In this document: positions 55,549 to 64,000 of the stretch, piece by piece
Layout: every line of letters starts with the position of its first letter
Numbering within the stretch: the first letter of the stretch is position 1
NCBI GenBank assembly: GCA_951406725.2
Contig: OX597815.1
Span: 174,158,001 to 174,222,000, forward strand
Length of the DNA stretch: 64,000 nt
Source of the DNA: Octopus vulgaris
Taxonomy: Eukaryota
Direction: 5' to 3'
Translations under genes and position numbers: made by a program
The notes under the pieces: model-generated
Told to the model about the DNA's origin: nothing
What the model saw: the letters and a program-made list of their open reading frames with translations, nothing else
The model's database searches: none

Positions 55549-55778
55549 CAGGCAGACAGACAGGCAGACAGACAGACAGGCAGACAGGCAGACAGGCAGG
55601 CAGGCAGACAGGCAGGCAGGCAGGTAGGCAGGCAGACAGGCAGGCAGGCAGACAGACAGGCAGGAAGGCAGGCAGACAGGCAGGCAGGCAGGCAGGCAGA
55701 CAGGCAGACAGGCAGGAAGACAGACAGATAGATAGAGAGATAGACAGATAGATAAATAGGCAAACAGACAGATAGATA
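55449..55778. repeat. (CAGA)/(TAGA)/(CAGG) compound microsatellite
   Basis: Direct reading. Confidence 0.95.
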
Positions 55779-56579
55779 CAAAATCTTTGACTCTGTCCAC
55801 TACTCATGAATGCTAGAAGATCTTTGGCTTCCTAAAGTTCCACAGACCATAGCCAAAGCCATACCTGACTTGATTTCATTGAGGGCTACAATCTTGAAGT
55901 TAAATGCAAGGAGTGATTGTATCATCACTGTTAAAATAATTATCACAGAGGTATATCCCAACAGAACGGCTTCTCTGCAATGCTGTCCATACTTTCAGTA
56001 AACCCCTTGTCATTTATGTTGAGGAAGTTTCAAGGTAACAGAAATACTAAATTTACACACTGCCTGTACCAAATGACCCAAGCAGCAGCATCACAGCCAC
56101 AACTTCACATACGACATGTACCTCAACCAGCTCTGCATCATCGCTGCAACTTCTTGATACAGTATTTCAACAATCGTATACAATTGACTACAAACTGGTA
56201 TTCTCATTCTTGTGTCTATGAACATTCTTCTAACTTCTCATTATAGACTCTTTCAATGTTTTTTCTTCTTCATTACTATTCTTATCTGTATTTAACACAC
56301 ATGCACACATCCATGCCTATACACACACATACACTTTGTTCTCATGACAGCCTGTCAATTATTCTGTACACATGTCGCACACACAGTCACACATGTTAAC
56401 ATATCAATAAATCTTCTTTTAAACATTCTACCCGGTTGTGTCTCTTATTTCCCTCTGGCACATATATGCATTATTCTTTTTATATTTATTGTATTGACTG
56501 TGTGATTTACTAAGGAGCCATTTTCGTCACCTCACTTTGCACAGTTGTTACAGTTCCAAACAGCATGTAGCTATGTCAA

Positions 56580-57615
56580 AAGGAAGCAGAAGGAGTGAAC
56601 TGAGGTGATAAAGTGTGAGAGAAGATAATGGTGATGATGTGAGAGGTCTTGAAGAGAGTGCATGCAGAAGATCTGGTGAAGGGCAGCTGGTATGTACCTA
56701 ATACAAAGAAAGAGATTGTGTAGTACAATGCAAGCAGTATTGCATTGGGACTAATACTGGAAATAAGAGGTGTTGAGGTGGAATATGCAGCATGGATTAG
56801 GAAGAAAGACGACTACAACCACATCAATGTAGCTGAACTGGATGCTGTATTGAAGGGCGTCAACCTAGCATTGAGATGGGGACTGCAAACCATCGAGGTC
56901 TGGACTGGTTCTGCCACAGTGTGAGGATGGGTGGAGTCAGTGGTCACCAACCAGAAGAGGATTCACATGAAAGGAAGCATGAAAATGGTGATTAAGCATC
57001 ACTTGGAAATCCTGAGGGAGCTAGATGCCAAGTTCGACCAAGAGTTGCATGTGATGTTTGTACTCTTGGAAAAGAATAAGGCAGACATTCTAACTAGAAT
57101 GAAAAAGCATTGGTTGGAAACAGCAGAGGATGTTCTGATTGGAGTAGCAGCAGTTTGTCAGCTGGAGGGCACAGAACTAAGGAGGCTGCACAACATACAC
57201 CACATGGGGGTCGACAGGACATTGTTTTTGGCTAGGACAGTTGACCCTAATGTCACCAGGGAGAGCGTTTGGAGGATAGTGGGGAATTGCAACAAGTGCC
57301 AATCAATTGATCCTGCCCTGAGCACACACAAACCAGGACAAATTCAGGTAGAGGAAGACTGGAAGAGGCTAGCCATTGATGTGATGCACTATTGGAGAAA
57401 GGTGAACTTTTCAATGGTCAACTGTGGACTGGGGCAAATGGCTATATGGAGAGAAATCAGGGTGGAGACTGCTGCTAAAGTTGCAGAAGTGTTGAATGCA
57501 GTGTTCTTGGAAAGAGGAGGCCTGTAGATGAGCTATTGATGGGCAACAGCATAGCTTTTCACTCAAAGAAGCTGAGAGAGATGCTCAAAAGGTGGAGCAC
57601 AAGACGCTTCTTCGG
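56580..57615 (+). pseudogene. LTR retrotransposon pol remnant (RNase H plus integrase; Ty3/Gypsy-like domain order)
   Basis: HINVAELDAVLKG..NKADILTR (RNase H), then H..HHMG..C.KC zinc finger and WKRLAIDV (integrase core start); in-frame stops. Confidence 0.85.
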
Positions 57616-57954
57616 AGCTCATCATCTCTGTAAAGACAATAAATTTCTTAGTAATAACAGCTAAGATGTATAATCCTCAAAACTGCATATATCTGGCTTG
57701 TCATATTACCCCATTCTTACATCAAAGGAACCTGTTCTGTTATGTTATGTCTTTTTCTTAGGTGGAGTCCTTACTGACTAGCAGGGTTTTCTAGCTTGCA
57801 TGGCAGTATCATTAACACAAAGGGTAAAATGCTTAGTGACATTTCATCTGAGTTCATATTCTGCCAAAAGGGTCAATAAGTACCAACCGAGCACTGGTAA
57901 TTGACTAGCATCTCCTCCTCAAAATTTCAGGCTTTGTACCTATAATAGAAAGGA

Positions 57955-58345
57955 TTATTACATCTACATCAGTATAATCTATTGTCTTATAGTTCTTAGC
58001 AAATTCTATGGCACTGCATAGTAACGTTTTAAATATAAAGGAGGGAAAATCAACAATATCAAATTGAGTGAATTTATAGGTGTGCTTAATATCAATATTA
58101 TTGAACCAGTTATATGGCATCATTTACTGGTTTAAGTATCACATTGTTAGCTCACTGAAAAAAGTCATATCATTAACTGGTTGAATAGCATCATGCCATT
58201 AGCAGGTTCAACAGTATTTTGCTGGTTCAATAGTGTCATATTATTAACTGGTTTAATAGTGTCATGTCATTAACAAGTTCGATAGTATTGGAACACACCT
58301 ACAGATTTAATCAATTTGATATTAATGAATTTGTACCCAATTTTA
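57955..58345. pseudogene. Penelope-like RT fragment (minus, 57955-58113) with a diverged inverted copy (plus, ~58290-58345)
   Basis: WFNNIDIKHTYKFTQFDIVDFPSFIFKTLL..AIEFAK resembles the PLE RT F.FDI..FYPSI motif; the plus strand reads HTYRFNQFDINE. Confidence 0.7.
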
Positions 58346-59599
58346 TCTAAAACTCTACTTTTATGCAATCAAAAGACAGAATTATTGGTGAGGAGTATGA
58401 TGCACAGAGACAATTTTCACATTCCACATGATTGGTCTTGCAGGAATTACAGAGTTGGGGTAATTATTTCCAAGTGTGTTTATTTTTGTTTTTAAATGCA
58501 GTAGTGCAACTGTAAGTGAACCAATTATGAACTGTTGGCTGTGAGATATGGTTATATATGGTCAGAGGAGTAACATGCCTAAAAAGATGGTTTCAGTCAC
58601 CTGCCTAGCTATTTCTGATGGATTAGGAGTAGAGCGAGCACATGTGCTTCACCCTAACTGGCATAACCCCAACCAGTCAGCTGACCTCAAATGATGCGGC
58701 ACCTCAGAGGTGTAGGTGGGAGATGTGCAATAGTTAAATGTGTGGTGAGTAGTCACAATAAGGCAGATGTCTGACTTGTTACAGAGAGACTTGAAGGACA
58801 ACAATATTCTAGATGAAGCCAGCCAGACAAAATTCAAAAGCAAAGAACTGGAAATGAATGACATTTGGATCCTTGAACAGGAAGTCCTTAGAATCCAAGA
58901 ACATATCTTTGAGCAAATATCACTACATCACTGAATTGACCAGACTATTGAATGTTGTTATACATCACTAGTCACAATGTGCTTCCAGTTCTTTTTTAAT
59001 TGCACCATTCTTTTCCATCTTGTTTAATTGAAGTATCTTCCCATCATTGTGGTGGTCTTTTGAGTGGATTTTTCAGATCTCTTGGACACCACTTGGCAAC
59101 TGAACAAATATATTTTATTTTTAATGTGACATTCCCAGCTAAGGTTGTTGTCAACAATGATGCTTACGTGGAAGCTAATGTTCAGGATAAGAATAAGTTG
59201 TTCTTACAAAATGTTCTCTTTTCAAGCCGTAGAAATGAGCACCTTTTGTTGGAGTTTTGATCATATATATTTCAGGCCAGCACTTTCAGAGCAGTTGGGA
59301 ATAAGCAGTTGGAAAAACTTCAACCAAAATCTTTGATAAACAATATGCTTGTATTCTCTTATTTGATTCTGTCATTTGACTGTGGCCATGCTGGAGTAAC
59401 CTTGAAGAGTTTAATACTTCAGTATCTATCTCATTCTATTTTTATTTTCTTTTTCTTTTACTAAACCACTAAGTTATGAGCACATAAACGTATCAACATC
59501 AATTATCAAGCAAAGACAAATATAAATACAAATACATACACACACACACACACACTCAACAGGCTTCCTTAGAATTTCTATCTACTAAATTTACTCAGA

Positions 59600-59862
59600 G
59601 TGGAGGTGCGTGGCTTAGTGGTTAGGGTGTCAGCACCATGATCATAAGATTGGGGTTTCGATTCCTGGACCGGGCAACACATTGTGTTCTTGAGCAAAAC
59701 ACTTCATTTCATGTTGCTCCAGTCCACTCAGTTGGCAAAAATGAGTAATGCTGCAATGAACTGGCGTCCCGTCCAGCTGGGGAACACATATGCCATAGAA
59801 ACCGGGAAACCGGGCCCATGAGCCTGGCTAGGCTTTAAAAGGGCACATTTATTATTATTTAT
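59600..59862 (+). mobile_element. tRNA-derived SINE nested in an older minus-strand SINE
   Basis: A box tggcttagtgg, B box gtttcgattcc; TSD taaatttactca at 59586-59597 and 59863-59874. Confidence 0.88.
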
Positions 59863-60565
59863 TAAATTTACTCAAAAGACATTGAGGTCAGCTTCAGGCT
59901 GTAGTAGACAATGCTTGCTCAAAGTACTGCACAGCAAAACTGAACTTGAAATCTCAATGTCGTGAAACTGACTTTTTTATGTTAAAGATATTTTGGAGTT
60001 GAATTATCTGGAAGGACATAGAAATGCTAACCTGTTCAATTCATATCAAAATGGAGAAAAATATCAAAATTAATGATGATGAGAATCATAGATACCCCAT
60101 CCCACCTTATTCGCACACGTTATCAAAAGTTTTATTAGTTTTGGTGCAAATTATTAACCATATTTTCAATACATTTATATTGATTGCTTTCTTATATTAT
60201 TATTGCATTTTTACAATCTAATTGCCATACCGTAATACGAATGATAAAGATCTATGGTTAATGATTTTCAAACTGGTTAATAATTTGGAGCTGGATTTTT
60301 TTTTTTTTTTCATGACTTAGCATAAAACAAAGAGGAAGGGGGAATAAGTGGTGGAGGTAGCGGGATGGAGGTAGCGGGGAGGAATATGCAGAGATGTATA
60401 AATGGATTAACTTTCATAATAATGACGATGATATTTGCCATGGCGACAACGATGACATTACTCCGAACGTTTGATGTGGGAAGCTAAGAAGAATTATTTC
60501 CCTTAGACCTTCCAGGTTTCTTACGGTTGCTGTTGAAAATACTAAATGATTCTCTACTAATTTAA

Positions 60566-60758
60566 TTGTTTCAGTCATGTGACTGTGGCCATGCTGGGGC
60601 ACCGCCTTTTGTCGAGCAAATCGACCCCAGGACTTATTCTTTGTAAGCCTAGTACTTATTCTATCGGTCTCTTTTGTCGAACCGCTAAGTTACAGGGACA
60701 TAAACATACCACCATCGATTGTCAAGCGATGTTGGGGGGACAAACACAGACACAAACA

Positions 60759-60801
<43 letters not shown>

Positions 60802-60987
60802 GACGTATATATATATATACACGACGGGCTTCTTTCAGTTTCCGGCTACCAAATCCACTCACAAGGCTTTAGTCAGCCTGAGACTATAGTAGAAGACACT
60901 TGCCCAAGGTGCCACGCAGTGGGACTGAACCCAGAACCATGTGGTTGATAAGCAAGCTACTTACCACACAGCCACTCCTATGCCTAT
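60566..60987 (-). mobile_element. Near full-length tRNA-derived SINE (family of 10184)
   Basis: Reverse complement of 10217-10600. Confidence 0.88.
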
Positions 60988-61377
60988 AAGATGATTTATT
61001 TTCTTCTTGTATTACAATTCTATTCACATCCAGGTTGGCTTATCGGAATATGAATCAGTCCTCATATTTAACTGTTTCGTCGAACCAGAAAGGACACTAT
61101 GCTAGGAAATTTGAACTCAGAACGTTAAGGGCCATAACTAAACACTGTTAGGCATTATATTTTGATATCTAGCTATTCTATTGATCCTCAGAACACTACT
61201 CTTCTCACTGAATTCACTCTTGTCAACAAGAACAAGTATATTTGTAAATACTCCTTACATAAGAAATTTTAGTTTATAGTATTAGGTGTGAGTAGATATT
61301 CTATATCAGTTTCTTTGTTTTGTAATTCTTAATTCAAGTCCTGCTGCAATCGACTCTATCTTTTCACCTCTTTCCGA

Positions 61378-61582
61378 TCATCATCATCATTTAACGTCCG
61401 CTTTCTATGCTGGCATGGGTTGGACGGTTTGACAGGCGCTAGCCAGCTTAAGAGCTGGCCCTGCTTCATCTCTGTTTTGGCATGGTTTCTATGGCTGGAT
61501 GCCCTTCACAATTCCAACCACTTTACAGAGTGTACTGAATCCTGATACACAGCACCAGCACAGATGCTTTTTACATGGCACT
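61378..61582 (-). mobile_element. RTE-type 3' end
   Basis: (cat)n-ttaacgtccgctttctatgctggcatgggttggacgg. Confidence 0.75.
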
Positions 61583-61980
61583 ATGTATGTATGTATGTAT
61601 GTATGTATGTATGTATGTATGTATGTATGTATGTATGTATGTATGTACGTACGTACGTATGTACGTACGTATGTATGTATGTATGTATGTATGTATGTAT
61701 GTATGCATGTATGTATATATGTATGTACGTACATACGTATGTATGTATGTATGTACGTATGTATGTATGTATGTATGTGTGTATGTATGTATGTATGTAT
61801 GTATGTACGTACGTACGTACGTACGTACATACGTATGTATGTATGTATGTATGTATGTATGTATGCATGTATGTATATATGTATGTATGTACGTACATAT
61901 GTATGTATGCATGTACGTATGTATGTATGTATGTATGTACGTATGTATGTACGCATGTATGTACGTATGTATGTACGTAC

Positions 61981-62015
<35 letters not shown>

Positions 62016-62127
62016 TGTATGCATGCATGTATGTATACATACATACATATATATATGCATGTATATATGTGTGTGTATGTATATGTATACATATTTATAT
62101 ATACATATATATGTGTATGTATGTATG

Positions 62128-62163
<36 letters not shown>

Positions 62164-62190
62164 TACATATGTGTGTGTGTGTGTACACAC
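61583..62190. repeat. (TATG)n/(TACG)n microsatellite
   Basis: Direct reading; source of the MYVC/HTYI pseudo-ORFs. Confidence 0.97.
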
Positions 62191-62831
62191 ACTTTGTTTT
62201 GCAAGATTCTTTCATGTGTGTAGAGGTTTCCCAAGCCACTACATACATACATAAATACATACATACACACACACACAAATGAGTGAGTTAGTGAGATAAA
62301 GATGAATAGTGTATCATGACCTTTGTAGGCCCTCATAGACAAGTGAGGAAAATGTAGCCAATACCCAACCTGAACATCTATAGCATAGTTTTTACAAGTA
62401 AAAAAAAAGTTGTTAGTAAAGCACAAAGATCACTCAATGGGTTGGAAAGAAACAACAGAGATGCACAGACAAACTGTGGACAGTATAAAAGAGTTGGCCA
62501 TGAATTAATAAATTGATGAATCTAGTGTAATAGGATTGCTGTTAACTCCTTGTGATGATAGTAATGCTAGAATGGTATGGAAACTTTTATTCAGTTGTGA
62601 AAGGTTACATTGTAAAAACCTTTGCTTGGTTTGAAGAAAAAAACAAGTAGAAATATCACATTTCTGAAAACTGAGAAGCAAAAACTGTAGTATTATATAT
62701 TTTTGAAAAATTGCACAAAAAGTGAGACCAATCTGACAACATGGGAAAAAAATGGAACAACACAAAAAAACACTATTAGGAGAATTCTTCACTATAACTG
62801 CCACCATTTTTTATAAATAATATCAAAAACG

Positions 62832-63094
62832 GGAGGCACGTGGCTTAGTGGTTAAGGTGTTAGCATCATGATCGTAAGATTGTGGTTTCGATTCCTGGAC
62901 CGGGCGACGCATTGTGTTCTTGAGCAAAACACTTCATTTCACATTGCTCCAGTCCACTCAGCTGGCAAAAATGAGTAACGCTGCGATGGACTGGCATCCC
63001 ATCCAGCTGGGGAACACATACGCCATAGAAACCGGGAAACCAGGAAACCGGGCCCGTGAGCCTGGCTAGGCTTTAAAAGGGCGCATTTATTTTT
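62832..63094 (+). mobile_element. tRNA-derived SINE with TSD (family of 59600)
   Basis: TSD ataatat(c/t)aaaaacg at 62817-62831 and 63095-63109. Confidence 0.9.
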
Positions 63095-63589
63095 ATAATA
63101 TTAAAAACGTGTAAGGCAGCAAAATGGTAGACTCATTAGCAAGCTGTTCAAAATGTTAGAGTTCAAATTCTGCCATTTTAGCAGTGGTAGAAAAGACTGC
63201 AAAAGGAGACAGTATTCCAGTGGGCTAGGGACCAGAAGGTATCAACCAGTCAAGAGACCATTGATGGGAGTTTAGCTCTCAGCTACCTCACCCAAAATAC
63301 ATACAGCTTTACAACACCAATACTCAAAGATGATGATGGATGTCAAAACTGACAGTCACTTTTTAAACTCAGATTTCGTCCTGTTCATTCAAATGGCTGT
63401 AAACTTTTGTTGGAGAAATTTAATTTACATGCTGGAAAACATGGTGGTGAAAACTAATTTAGTTCCTGCTTAGCATTATTGTTATCCATAGATCTTACCT
63501 CAGAATGTTAGAAATAAACAGTTAAATAGTTTAAGCTCTTAAAATAAAAATAAAATAAATATGCCCTTTTTAAAGCCTAGCCAGGCTCA

Positions 63590-64000
63590 TAATAATAATA
63601 ATAATAATTGTGTACAGTGCTCAGGTGCACTACAACTCATCTAAAGTGTATATATAATCAGGTGTAGTTTCGACGGATTTCGGGAAGCATGAGGGCCTTA
63701 AAGGATGCAGTGTCATGGCAGTCAACAACTGATGCAGGCAGTTTATTCCACGCTTCAGCAACCCTGAGCGTGAAAAAATGTTTCCGAAAGTCATGGGAGC
63801 TGTGCTGTTTTCTGACTTTGTAGGCATGTCCACGTGTGTTAGACACATGGAGATCAAAAAGGTGTTCAGTGTTGTTGTTGGTGAGGTGGTTGATAACCTT
63901 GTGTGTGTTTACCAAGTCCGTTGCTAGACGCCGGAGCTTCAGTGAATCCATGCCCAGGGAAACAAGGCGCTCAGAATATGGTAGGTGTCTGATGGAGGGT
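63590..64000 (-). mobile_element. CR1-group LINE ORF2 C-terminus and 3' UTR with (ATT)n tail
   Basis: SLKLRRLATDL..TRGHAYK..RKHFFTLRVAEAWNKLPASVV..SFK, the typical CR1 ORF2 terminus; continues beyond the window. Confidence 0.88.

Noticed and set aside
58630-59340. ORFs of 63-86 aa (similar cases at 3715-4100, 30020-30440, 35300-36330)
   Set aside because: Look like very old LINE remnants, too decayed to call.

Overview
AT-rich, repeat-dominated eukaryotic DNA with no host protein-coding exon I can support; it is probably a large intron or intergenic region. The repeat landscape suggests a coleoid cephalopod, probably Octopus (inference). It includes RTE LINEs with (GAT)n tails, several tRNA-headed SINE families, Penelope-like element (PLE) remnants and huge (TA)n/(TAGA)n/(TATG)n tracts. 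All recognisable ORFs are decayed transposon fragments: RTE APE/RT, CR1-type ORF2 end, mariner transposase, LTR RNaseH-integrase, and PLE RT and GIY-YIG. The most interesting signal is RNA structure inside short non-coding elements embedded in (TA)n microsatellites. There are three type-I hammerhead ribozymes with complete CUGAAGA/GAAA/NUH cores (8925-8988 minus, 37924-37977 plus, 48751-48843 plus) and one decayed one (33419-33466). Two diverged copies of one element (9419-9565 minus, 24271-24399 plus) carry hammerhead core segments in a non-circular, pseudoknotted order, with compensatory base changes between the copies. The window also has many long fold-backs and inverted repeats. All structures were folded and aligned by eye; most element boundaries are approximate.
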